This document shows positions 1 through 8,239 of a DNA stretch of 64,000 nucleotides, piece by piece. The notes below the pieces were generated by a model. That model made no database searches and was not told where the DNA came from. It saw only the letters and a list, made by a program, of their open reading frames with translations. Every line of letters begins with the position of its first letter. Within the stretch, counting starts at the first letter, position 1. The translations under genes and the position numbers were made by a program. Source of the stretch: an uncultured Solirubrobacteraceae bacterium (GTDB lineage Bacteria; Actinomycetota; Thermoleophilia; Solirubrobacterales; Solirubrobacteraceae); the NCBI GenBank assembly GCA_963764185.1, contig CAVXRF010000007.1:440635-504634 (forward strand). Reading direction: 5' to 3'.

Positions 1-254
1 TCTGTGAGTGAGTCGGCCATCTCGTCGATGACGCTCTCAAGCACGGTAAACCGCAGGGCGAGGACGGTGGCATCGGCGCCCTGCAAGGCGTCGCGGTTGT
101 CGACGGCGACGAGCGCAGCGTCACCGATCTCTGCAGCCAGCTTTCGCGCCGACTCACGGTCGGCGCTCGAGAGGCGCAGGGTCTCGCCGCCCGAAGCGAG
201 CCGGGAGGCGATGGCCGACCCGATGCCTCCCGTGCCGATGATCGCGGTGGTCAT
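1..254 (-). CDS. NADPH-dependent F420 reductase / NAD(P)-binding dinucleotide-binding enzyme (N-terminal part; runs off window)
   Basis: Manual translation from ATG at 254: MTTAIIGTGGIGSAIASRLASGGETLRLSSADRESARKLAAEIG...ALQGADATVLAL. Rossmann GxGxxG typical of the F420_oxidored family. Not in ORF track. Confidence 0.8.
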   Translation of the reverse strand, partial: MTTAIIGTGGIGSAIASRLASGGETLRLSSADRESARKLAAEIGDAALVAVDNRDALQGADATVLALRFTVLESVIDEMADSLT

Positions 255-279
255 GGCCGAGACATCGTCGGCGTCGGCA

Positions 280-765
280 CTAGCCCGCCGCCGCTCGCCC
301 GAACTCCTCGGCGGACGTGCTCGAGGGCCATTGAGCGGGCGCCCAGTCGCCGTCTAGGTCCGTGGTTTGTCCGACCTCGATCAGATGACCGTCGGGATCG
401 CGGATATAGCAGCGGATCTCGTACTGGTGCTGCTTCGGCTCTGTCAGGAATTCAGCACCCCTTGCGCTCCACTCGGCGTACACGGCCGCGATGTCCTTGA
501 CCCGGATGTTGAGGAAGCTGCTGACCCGGTCGGGATCGCCTGGCGTCTCCAGCGTGACCTCGGGCTTGTCGTCAGTCGGAGCTCCGCCGACGTTGATGAT
601 GATCCAGCAGTTGGATAGCGCGACGTAGGTCAGCCCCCCGGGCCCTGAGAAGACCACCCTCCCGCCGAGTACTTCGGTGTAAAAGCGACGAGAGCGCTCG
701 ACGTCGTCCGAGACGATGAAGTGGGCCAGCACAATTCCCTCTGGGCGCGCTGGGAGCTCGGCCAT
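280..765 (-). CDS. VOC family (glyoxalase/bleomycin resistance) protein
   Basis: HFIVSDDVERSRRFYTEVLG and YIRDPDGHLIEV motifs; GGAGG RBS upstream. Confidence 0.9.
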   Translation of the reverse strand: MAELPARPEGIVLAHFIVSDDVERSRRFYTEVLGGRVVFSGPGGLTYVALSNCWIIINVGGAPTDDKPEVTLETPGDPDRVSSFLNIRVKDIAAVYAEWSARGAEFLTEPKQHQYEIRCYIRDPDGHLIEVGQTTDLDGDWAPAQWPSSTSAEEFGRAAAG

Positions 766-1027
766 CTGACACCTCCGCTGGTTCGGTCCCGCCTACGACG
801 GGGTCTGCAGCAGATCTTATGACGACCGGGAAGCCAGGCCGCGCGAATCAAGGCTGGCCGCAGGGTGCGATGTGGGCGCCTGCCGGCTGCCGTTCGTCCC
901 GGACCTGTTCTCTGCGCCGGCGCTCGCGACAGTCCAGCCGCGACAGGAACGCAGGATAGGCCGGACGCAGGATCGGTGCTGCTGAAGCTGCTCGCGGCGG
1001 GAGGCCAGTCCGGCTCACGACATCCCT

Positions 1028-1465
1028 CTAGTGCGAGGGCCACCCAAGAGCGTCGAAGACCGCGACCGGGTCGAGGTAGTCGCGCCAGCGGCTGACCTTG
1101 CGATCCGCGATCGTGAGTACGGAGATGTAGCGGTTGGCGTACGGAGTTCCGGTCGCAACGACCCGACCTTCCGAGGCGTACTCGAGCACAATGACGCCGG
1201 TGTCGGGGTCGTGGTGGACAGCGAGATCGTGGCAGCGGTCCAAGACGATCGTGTTGCCGTAGGGCCGGTATAGCTCTGCGACGGCGTGGCGGCCCTCGAC
1301 GTGCCGCGGGTAGCCGGGAGTGGTGATGATGTAGTCAAAGACGACGTCGTCGGCCAGTAGGTCGAAGAAGTGCCTGCCATCGGCGAGGCCGTCGAGTCCC
1401 TGCTCGATGATCCGGAAGAACGGCTCCAGTGCCTTGAAGTCGTCGAGGTCGCTGATGGTGCTCAT
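1028..1465 (-). CDS. SnoaL-like / NTF2 family protein
   Basis: FFDLLADDVVF...YANRYISVLTIADRKVSRWRDYLDP NTF2-fold pattern. Confidence 0.85.
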   Translation of the reverse strand: MSTISDLDDFKALEPFFRIIEQGLDGLADGRHFFDLLADDVVFDYIITTPGYPRHVEGRHAVAELYRPYGNTIVLDRCHDLAVHHDPDTGVIVLEYASEGRVVATGTPYANRYISVLTIADRKVSRWRDYLDPVAVFDALGWPSH

Positions 1466-1477
1466 GACGCCGTCCGT

Positions 1478-1549
1478 CTACGCCCAGGTCTGTGCGGTTT
1501 GCCGGGCGAAGTCGGCGAAGCTGATCGGCGGCCTTCGGGTGACGTTGTC
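1478..1549 (-). pseudogene. C-terminal remnant of an NmrA-like NAD(P)H-binding protein
   Basis: Translates ...DNVTRRPPISFADFARQTAQTWA*, resembling the NmrA/SDR C-terminal 'GRPPxsFadFar..a..W' motif; no 5' part, abuts the TetR stop codon. Confidence 0.5.
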
Positions 1550-2108
1550 AAGTTGCTCGCAATCCGTCGAGGACAAGGTCGAGGGTTCGGGCGGCCTGGG
1601 CGCGACCATCGTCGTCGTCGGGGACACGCCAAAGAAACCCCATCATGAGTAGGACGTCGGAAGGATCCAGGCCCGCTCGCACGGTGCCGGCGGCCTGGCA
1701 TGCGGCCAGCAGTTCGGCGACGGCGGCCGTGACCGGCGGGTAGGTGTCGTTGATGATCTTCTGGGCTGCTGGGGTGTTGAGTGCCTCGCCGAGGCCGTGC
1801 TTGATGCGGACGTACTCGGCGAGTTGCTCGAACCAGATCCGGAACGCCTCGAGCGGCTCGTGCTCGGCGAGCACGTCGGGCACGGTGGCTGCGAGCCGCT
1901 CGATGTCGTGCTGGTAGACCGCGAGGATCAGTGCCTCGCGGTTCGGGAAGTGACGGTAAAGCGTGCCCGCGCCGACGCCGGCGCGCTTCGCGATTGAGTT
2001 CAGCGAGGCGTCGGCCGACTCCCGGAATGCGTGGTGGGCGGCCTCGAGGATCCGCTCGCGGTTCTGCTGCGCGTCGGCGCGTTTGGACTCGGTCCTGCTC
2101 GCGGGCAC
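1548..2108 (-). CDS. TetR/AcrR family transcriptional regulator
   Basis: RADAQQNRERIL...SLNSIAKRAGVGAGTLYRHFPNRE HTH. Confidence 0.95.
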   Translation of the reverse strand: MPASRTESKRADAQQNRERILEAAHHAFRESADASLNSIAKRAGVGAGTLYRHFPNREALILAVYQHDIERLAATVPDVLAEHEPLEAFRIWFEQLAEYVRIKHGLGEALNTPAAQKIINDTYPPVTAAVAELLAACQAAGTVRAGLDPSDVLLMMGFLWRVPDDDDGRAQAARTLDLVLDGLRAT

Positions 2109-2138
2109 GGCGCCTCCAGATGGGCGGTCGGCTTGATA

Positions 2139-2187
2139 AGCGGAGAGTTGTCCGCTAGTTTGCTGGTGAAGCGGAGAGCTCTCCGAT
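2139..2187. promoter_or_regulatory. Two TetR operator-like palindromes between divergent tetR and AKR genes
   Basis: AGCGGAGAGTTGTCCGCT (2139-2156) and AGCGGAGAGCTCTCCGAT (2170-2187). Confidence 0.75.
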
Positions 2188-2209
2188 AACGCGAACTCTA
2201 GGTGGCCTC

Positions 2210-3256
2210 ATGGAATACATCAAGCTCGGCAGCACCGGCCTGGACGTCTCCCCGATCGCGATCGGCGCCATGACCTACGGCGAGCCCGATCGCGGCCACC
2301 CCGCCTGGTCGCTGGACGAGGCGGACAGCCGCCCGCTGATCAAGCACGCGCTCGACGCCGGCATCAGCTTCTTCGACACCGCCAACGTCTACTCCCAGGG
2401 CACGAGCGAGGAGATCCTCGGGCGAGCCCTGAAGGACTACGGCGACCGCGACGACCTCGTAATCGCCACCAAGCTGCGCCACCCGATGCGGCCGGGGCCC
2501 AACGGAAAGGGGCTCTCGCGCAAGGCCGTGATGAGCGAGATCGATCACAGCCTGCGCCGGCTAGAGGTCGAGTACGTCGACCTCTATCAGGTCCATCGCT
2601 TGGATCCCGCGACGCCGCTAGAGGAGACGCTCGAGGCGCTGCACGACGTGGTGAAGGCGGGCAAGGCCCGCTACATCGGCGCATCCTCGATGCATGCCTG
2701 GCAGTTCGCCAAGGCACTTCATCTCCAGGAGCGCCACGGCTGGGCGCGATTCGTCTCGATGCAGGACCACTACAACCTGCTCGCTCGCGAGGAGGAGCGC
2801 GAGATGCTGCCGCTGTGCGCCGACGAGGGCGTCGGCACGATCGTGTGGAGCCCGCTTGCGCGCGGCCGCCTCGCCCGACCCTCCGAGCAGTCAAAGGCGA
2901 CGGCGCGTTCGGCCAATGACCCGTTCGCCGACATGCTCTACGTCGACGAGGACAGCGATCGCGCAATCGTCGACGCCGTCGGCGTGATCGCACAGGCGCG
3001 GGGTGTCAGTCGCGCCCAGATCGCGCTCGCCTGGCTACGCGCCAACCCCGTGGTTGTCGCACCGCTCGTGGGCGCCAGCAGCACTGCCCAGATCGACGAC
3101 GCCGTCGCCTCGCTTGAGGTTCAGCTCACAGACGAGGAGATCGCCGAGCTCGAGCGCCCTTACACCCCCCGCCAGGACCTCCAGGGCATCTCAGACGACG
3201 CCGAGATGCAGCGCATCATGGCCCGGCTCCCCCAGTTCGCCCCCACCGCGCGCTGA
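2210..3256 (+). CDS. Aldo/keto reductase
   Basis: LGSTGLDVSPIAIG, FFDTANVYSQG, SLRRLEVEYVDLYQVHR, WSPLARG motifs. Confidence 0.95.
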   Translation: MEYIKLGSTGLDVSPIAIGAMTYGEPDRGHPAWSLDEADSRPLIKHALDAGISFFDTANVYSQGTSEEILGRALKDYGDRDDLVIATKLRHPMRPGPNGKGLSRKAVMSEIDHSLRRLEVEYVDLYQVHRLDPATPLEETLEALHDVVKAGKARYIGASSMHAWQFAKALHLQERHGWARFVSMQDHYNLLAREEEREMLPLCADEGVGTIVWSPLARGRLARPSEQSKATARSANDPFADMLYVDEDSDRAIVDAVGVIAQARGVSRAQIALAWLRANPVVVAPLVGASSTAQIDDAVASLEVQLTDEEIAELERPYTPRQDLQGISDDAEMQRIMARLPQFAPTAR

Positions 3257-3268
3257 GAAAGGATCACG

Positions 3269-3688
3269 ATGACCACGACCGCAACCACGCAGACCACCCT
3301 CCAGGAGCTCCTCGGAAGGCTCGCTCAATTCGAGCCCGATCCCGTAGCTGAACTGTTCGCCGAGTCCGTTGAATGGGACGTGCCAGGAGACGAGCTCGTT
3401 CCCTGGACAGGCGCCCGATCGACACGTGAGGAGATCGCGGCGTACTTCCAGTTGCTCTGGTCCGTGCTCGACACCTCGCAGGCCGACACCGCCGTGAGTC
3501 ACGTCTTCTTCGACGGCGCCGACGCGGTAGTGCTGGGTATCTTCACGCAGACCATCCGCGCGAGCGGTCGTCGATTCGCGACTCATGTCGCGCTTCACAT
3601 CACCGTTGGCGACGACGGGCTCATCACCCGCTTCCGGCTATACGAGGACTCGCACGCGGTCTCACGGGCATTTGCCGATGGGGATTAG
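3269..3688 (+). CDS. SnoaL-like / NTF2 family protein
   Basis: LFAESVEWDVPG...PWTG...GLITRFRLYED; AAAGGA RBS. Confidence 0.85.
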   Translation: MTTTATTQTTLQELLGRLAQFEPDPVAELFAESVEWDVPGDELVPWTGARSTREEIAAYFQLLWSVLDTSQADTAVSHVFFDGADAVVLGIFTQTIRASGRRFATHVALHITVGDDGLITRFRLYEDSHAVSRAFADGD

Positions 3689-3725
3689 GACCGCACGCCC
3701 CGCTCGGCCGGTACGCTAAACCGCG

Positions 3726-4157
3726 ATGGCCCTCGCGGACGAGCGATACATGTTGCTCACGACGTTCCGGCGCGACGGCACGCCGGTGGCGACGCCCGTC
3801 TGGGTCACCTCCTATGACGAACACAGCGTCGCCTTCTGGACGAGCAGTGGCTCCGGGAAGGCCAAGCGCCTCGCGCACACGCAGCGCGTGACGGTGCAGC
3901 CGTCCGATGCCCGCGGAGGCGTGAAGCCCGGCACCGAGCCGGTCGAGGCCACGGCGCGCGTGGTCAGCGGCGAGGAGCTCGAGGCGATCCGCAAACACGT
4001 GATCGCGAAGTACGGCTTTCAGACGAGAATCACCAAAAGGCTCGCGACTATCTGGGGCCTCCTCAAAGGTAGGCGCATCCCGTACGCGGACCGCGGGGTC
4101 ATCGTGACACCCGCATCGGCTGACGGGATCGAGGGGCCAATATCCACTAAGCAGTAG
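3726..4157 (+). CDS. PPOX class F420-dependent oxidoreductase
   Basis: YMLLTTFRRDGTPVATPVW, SGKAKRL, KYG motifs. Confidence 0.92.
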   Translation: MALADERYMLLTTFRRDGTPVATPVWVTSYDEHSVAFWTSSGSGKAKRLAHTQRVTVQPSDARGGVKPGTEPVEATARVVSGEELEAIRKHVIAKYGFQTRITKRLATIWGLLKGRRIPYADRGVIVTPASADGIEGPISTKQ

Positions 4158-4429
4158 TGCGACCCCGCTCAGCGAGACGCATGGCATCGACGAGTATGGA
4201 GGCATCGTGTTCGACCAACATCGCGCCACTGCTTTGCGTGAAAGCGAGCGTTAGCGCGGGACGGGTTCGAGCGACTCACGACCCCTTCCGCTGCGTAATG
4301 GGTCGTCACCTGCCAAAAGGACCCATTTGCAGGACAGTTCGACGTCTGTGGCGGACTTAGACGGAGCACCACTGTCTATTCAAGATGACGCCGCAGTGCA
4401 GCCAAAGCCGCTGCTTTGCAGGGATTTTA

Positions 4430-4502
4430 AGCCCAGCGCCGGACTCGAACCGGCGGCCTCTTCCTTACCATGGAAGTGCTCTACCAACTGAGCTAGCTGG
4501 GC
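4430..4502 (-). tRNA. tRNA-Thr(GGT)
   Basis: Reverse complement GCCCAGCTAGCTCAGTTGGTAGAGC-ACTTCCATGGTAAGGAAG-AGGCCGCCGGTTCGAGTCCGGCGCTGGGCT; cloverleaf with anticodon GGT; CCA not encoded. Confidence 0.97.
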
Positions 4503-4608
4503 GGAGGCTGGACTGTAGCGTGCGGTGCGCCCCGTCCACAAGCGGGAACGCTCCCGGCGGCGGAGCCGCCCACATTCAAATCAATCCGATCTCAACGCCA
4601 GACGAGCC

Positions 4609-5049
4609 CTACGAAGCGGCCACCTCAACCGGGGTCACAGTCGTCACGGGCAAACCCGTCCCCGACGCCTTGTGGGGAAGGTCGAGCCTCAGCCAGCGCG
4701 ACAGCCGTGCCGGCAGCGTCGAGATGATGACCTCGTCGAAGCCGCGCAGGTTGACCGCATCGTGGATCGCCGTGTTCGGGTCCGGCGCGCCCACGATTCC
4801 CTCGACGGGGCTCCCGGCGGCCTCCGTCAGCAGCGGCACGGCCTGAGCGATCACGGCCTGGGCCTCGCCGGCGTCCTGGTCCTCGGGGTCGACGACCTTG
4901 TGCAGGCCATGGGCCGCGTTCGGCACCAGCAGCGTGAACGTGGCCGGCCCGCGTTCTGCCCGCTCCCGCACGGCGTCGAGCAGCGGTTGCGTGGCGGCGG
5001 TCTTGTGCGCCACCACGAGCACACGGATGGGGGTCTCAGACGACTCCAT
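4609..5049 (-). CDS. Hypothetical protein, universal-stress-protein-like fold
   Basis: RVLVVAHKT...FDEVIISTLPARLSRWLRLDLP; start ATG 5049 after GGAG RBS. Confidence 0.7.
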   Translation of the reverse strand: MESSETPIRVLVVAHKTAATQPLLDAVRERAERGPATFTLLVPNAAHGLHKVVDPEDQDAGEAQAVIAQAVPLLTEAAGSPVEGIVGAPDPNTAIHDAVNLRGFDEVIISTLPARLSRWLRLDLPHKASGTGLPVTTVTPVEVAAS

Positions 5050-5101
5050 ACTCGCAACTCCCTTCTGGCGGTGGATTGTCTCTAATGATACTTGCGTGTC
5101 A

Positions 5102-5144
5102 ACGACGCCAGGCATTGCCTCGGGTCAACGATGCCGGGCGTCGT
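5102..5144. repeat. Inverted repeat/hairpin built from two 20-bp direct repeats in a divergent intergenic region
   Basis: ACGACGCC-A-GGCATTG...CGATGCC-G-GGCGTCGT; GTCAACGAYGCCRGGCRTYG occurs at 5098 and 5124. Confidence 0.6.
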
Positions 5145-5203
5145 AGTCCCCATTACCCGTCGGCGCCAGCCATTGCTTGCGGGTCAGCCCTACGCTGTCG
5201 CTC

Positions 5204-5545
5204 ATGCGCGTGGAGCTGACCGAGGAGACGCTCGAAGTTCGCCTGTCTTTCTGGCAGAAGCTGCTCGGCCTGCTCGGCAACATCAGGGTCGTCCGCGCCG
5301 ACATCAGCGATGTCCAGGTCGTCGAGGATCCCGTGCGTGCGGCCATGGATGTCGGCATCAAGGTCGGCCTGCGTCTGCCCTGGCTCTACTACGTGGCCCG
5401 CACCATCCGCCTCGACCAGGCATTCGTCGTGCGCCGAGGTGTCCCGGCGCTGTCCTTCGCCGTAAGCAACGAGGGGACTCTCAGAAGGGTGCTCGTGAGC
5501 ACGCCCGATGCCCAGGAGCTCGCGCGGCGGCTGCGCGGCTCCTGA
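5204..5545 (+). CDS. Hypothetical protein (PH-like fold possible), probably leaderless
   Basis: MRVELTEETLEVRLSFWQKLLGL...; TACGCT 7 nt before ATG 5204. Confidence 0.7.
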   Translation: MRVELTEETLEVRLSFWQKLLGLLGNIRVVRADISDVQVVEDPVRAAMDVGIKVGLRLPWLYYVARTIRLDQAFVVRRGVPALSFAVSNEGTLRRVLVSTPDAQELARRLRGS

Positions 5546-5600
5546 CGCCGTGCATGCGGCGAGGAGGGCGTCTCTGCGGCGCGGCTTCTGCGTTGTGTCT

Positions 5601-6437
5601 CTACGGCGAGGCTTCCGCGTTGCGCAGCCCGCGCAGCGTCCACACCAGCGCCACCGCGATCAGCGCCAGCGCGCAGGCGAACGCCAGTCCCGTGTGGTTG
5701 TGCACCCCGGAGATCAGGCCGCGGCCCGCATCGAGGAAGGCGGTCGCCGGGTTGACGCTCGCCACGGAGTGGATCCAGCCCTTGAGCAACGTCAGCGGCA
5801 CATACACGGGCGCGAGGAACAGGATCAGAAACAGCGGCGTCTGCATCAGCGGCCCGGCCTGTATCGAGCGGAAGCGGAACGCCACGCCGGCCGCCCAGCC
5901 GTAGCCCACGAGCACGAGCAGCGCCGCAAGCCCATACAACCCGAACACGTCCACGCCGTCGCCGGTTATCCGCATCCCGGCCGCCAGCGCGACCGCCGTG
6001 ACCACGCTCAGCGTGATCGTCGCGCGCGTCAGTGCCACCAGCGCATAGCCGAGCGCGATCCCGCGCCGGTCCTCGGCGGCCAGCATCAGCCGCCGCGCGA
6101 AGCCCGTTTCGAAGTCGAACGCCAGCGAGAAGCCCGTGAACAGTCCCGCGAATATGGCCGACTGGCACAGCACGAACACGAACTGGAAGGCCGTGTAGCC
6201 GGCGGGGAAGTGAAAGCCGGGCACCTCGCCGAGGGCTGAGAGGCCGCCGGCGAAGCTCGCCAGGAACACGAGCGGGAAGATCAGCGAGGGGACGAACAGG
6301 TCGGGCCGTCGCACGTAGGTGTGAAGGCTCCGCCAGGCGATCGCATAGGCCACGCGCCAGATGCTCGCCCCGGGCAAAGAGGCGCCGGTCGCAGAGGTGC
6401 CCGTTGCTGAGGGGCCGGTTGCGGAAGTGCCCGTCAT
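5601..6437 (-). CDS. ABC-2 type exporter permease
   Basis: C-terminal part of ORF 5601..7325 from MTGTSATG; six hydrophobic segments, DFETGFARRLML, SVNP; start overlaps upstream stop. Confidence 0.88.
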   Translation of the reverse strand: MTGTSATGPSATGTSATGASLPGASIWRVAYAIAWRSLHTYVRRPDLFVPSLIFPLVFLASFAGGLSALGEVPGFHFPAGYTAFQFVFVLCQSAIFAGLFTGFSLAFDFETGFARRLMLAAEDRRGIALGYALVALTRATITLSVVTAVALAAGMRITGDGVDVFGLYGLAALLVLVGYGWAAGVAFRFRSIQAGPLMQTPLFLILFLAPVYVPLTLLKGWIHSVASVNPATAFLDAGRGLISGVHNHTGLAFACALALIAVALVWTLRGLRNAEASP

Positions 6438-7213
6438 GTGCGCTGAAGCCTCACGCGCAGCGCGCCCGCCACCGCGAACAGGGCGATGATCGTCAGGCCG
6501 CCCGCCACGGCGAAGCCGCGCCACAGCGCCGTCGCGTCCCACCCGTAGATGTACAGGCTGCGGAAGGCCTCGATCAGGTAGGAGATCGGGTTCCAGGTCG
6601 CCACCGTGTGAAACCAGCCGGTGTGCAGCAGGTTCCGCGGCAGGTTGCTCGACGACAGGAAGATGAACACGAAGAACAGCGGGAACAGGCCCTGCACCGC
6701 CTCGCCCGATCCCGTGCGGAGCGCAACCGCGCAGCCGAGCGCGCCGAAGCCGAGCGCGGTGAGCGAGCCCAGCACGAGGATCACGAGCACGCCGCCGAAG
6801 CCCGCATCCAGATGCGCGCCCGCGACCGCGCCCATCAGCATGTACACGGCCGACTGCAGCACGCCCAGCGCCGCGACGCCCACGAGCAGGCCCGCGATCA
6901 GCGACACCCGCCGAAGCGGCGTCAGCGCGAGCCGGTTGAAGAAGCCGCTCTCGATGTCCTCGGCCAGGTTCGTGCCCGTGTTGATCAGCGAGAACATCCC
7001 TCCCTGGATGAACGCCACCGCGATCGCGAAGGATATGTAGGAGTGCGTCGGAAAGCCCGGCAGGCGCGTGGCCGCCTTCAGGCCGCTGGCGTTCACGGCC
7101 AGCAGGATCAGCGGGAAGAACACGATCGGGAACAGCTGAAAGGGCTGGCGCAGCGTCTTCAGCATCGCGCGGCGGGCCAGGACGCCGACCTGGATTCCGT
7201 GGATGCTGTTCAT
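6434..7213 (-). CDS. ABC-2 type exporter permease
   Basis: DIESGFFNRLALTP, TWNPISYLIEAFR; DrrB-like. Confidence 0.92.
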   Translation of the reverse strand: MNSIHGIQVGVLARRAMLKTLRQPFQLFPIVFFPLILLAVNASGLKAATRLPGFPTHSYISFAIAVAFIQGGMFSLINTGTNLAEDIESGFFNRLALTPLRRVSLIAGLLVGVAALGVLQSAVYMLMGAVAGAHLDAGFGGVLVILVLGSLTALGFGALGCAVALRTGSGEAVQGLFPLFFVFIFLSSSNLPRNLLHTGWFHTVATWNPISYLIEAFRSLYIYGWDATALWRGFAVAGGLTIIALFAVAGALRVRLQRT

Positions 7214-8235
7214 GAGGCGACCGGGGCGGAGCTCGCCCGGTCCTCCGTCTCGCCCTCCCCGTCGCCCGCGCCCTCGAGCGAGCGCCCGGTCTTCGCGAGG
7301 AACACGTCGTCGAGCGTGGGGGCATGCAGGCGCAGATCGGCGATCGGGATGCCCTCGGCGTCGAGCGTGCGCACGATCTCGGCGAGGTCGCTCACGCCCT
7401 CCGGCAGCTGCGTGGCGACCGCGTTGGGCGCCGCCGCCGCCTCCTCTCCGAAGCGGGACAACACCGCGACGAGGCGGTCGCGGTCGCCCGGGTCCGCGGG
7501 GACAGCTTCAACGCTCGGGCGCCCGATCGCCGCCTTCAGCTCCGCCGGCGTGCCCTCGGCCACGATCCTGCCATGGTCAATGATGCCGACGCGGTGCGCC
7601 AGCACGTCGGCCTCCTCCAGATACTGCGTCGTCAGGAACACCGTCACCCCGTCGGCCGCCAGCCTGCGCACCTCATCCCACAGGGCGGTGCGGCTCTGCA
7701 CGTCCAATCCAGTTGTCGGCTCATCCAGGAACAAGAGCCGCGGGCCGTGGACGAGCGCGAGGCCCAGGTCGAGACGGCGCTTCATGCCGCCCGAGTAGCC
7801 CCCGACCTTGCGATCCGCGGCGTCGGTCAGCCCGACCCGCTCGAGCAGCTCCGTCGCCCGCTTCTCGCGCTCGGTCTTGCCCAGCCCGTGCAGGGCGCTC
7901 TGCAGGCGCATGTGCTCGCGGCCGGTGAGGAACGGATCGAGCGCCGACTCCTGCAGCGAGGCGCCGATCGCTCGGCGGACCGCGGCGCCCTGGTGAACGA
8001 CGTCGAGCCCCGCCACGCGAGCCGTGCCGGCCGTGGGGGGCAGGAGCGTCGTGAGCACGAGCACCGTCGTTGACTTGCCCGCGCCGTTGGGTCCGAGGAA
8101 GCCGTAGATCTCGCCCGGCGCGACCTGCAGATCGATCCCGTCGACGGCCCGCACGCCGCCCTTGAAGTCGCGCACGAGCCCCTCGACCTCGATGCCGTTC
8201 CGGTCGGCCCGGCTGTTCTCCTCGCCCCCGCTCAC
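7210..8235 (-). CDS. DrrA-type ABC exporter ATP-binding protein
   Basis: Walker A GPNGAGKST, signature YSGGMKRRLD, LFLDEPTTGLD; probable GTG start at 8235, in frame with the upstream MMPL in this assembly. Confidence 0.92.
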   Translation of the reverse strand: MSGGEENSRADRNGIEVEGLVRDFKGGVRAVDGIDLQVAPGEIYGFLGPNGAGKSTTVLVLTTLLPPTAGTARVAGLDVVHQGAAVRRAIGASLQESALDPFLTGREHMRLQSALHGLGKTEREKRATELLERVGLTDAADRKVGGYSGGMKRRLDLGLALVHGPRLLFLDEPTTGLDVQSRTALWDEVRRLAADGVTVFLTTQYLEEADVLAHRVGIIDHGRIVAEGTPAELKAAIGRPSVEAVPADPGDRDRLVAVLSRFGEEAAAAPNAVATQLPEGVSDLAEIVRTLDAEGIPIADLRLHAPTLDDVFLAKTGRSLEGAGDGEGETEDRASSAPVAS

Positions 8236-8239
8236 GGCG

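Noticed and set aside
4385-4846. ORFs overlapping tRNA-Thr (and those over tRNA-Tyr at 16096-16745)
   Set aside because: They overlap clear tRNA genes; spurious translations.
6385-6437. 15-bp SATG(T/P) repeats at the ABC permease N-terminus
   Set aside because: Short low-complexity slippage repeat with no sign of function.
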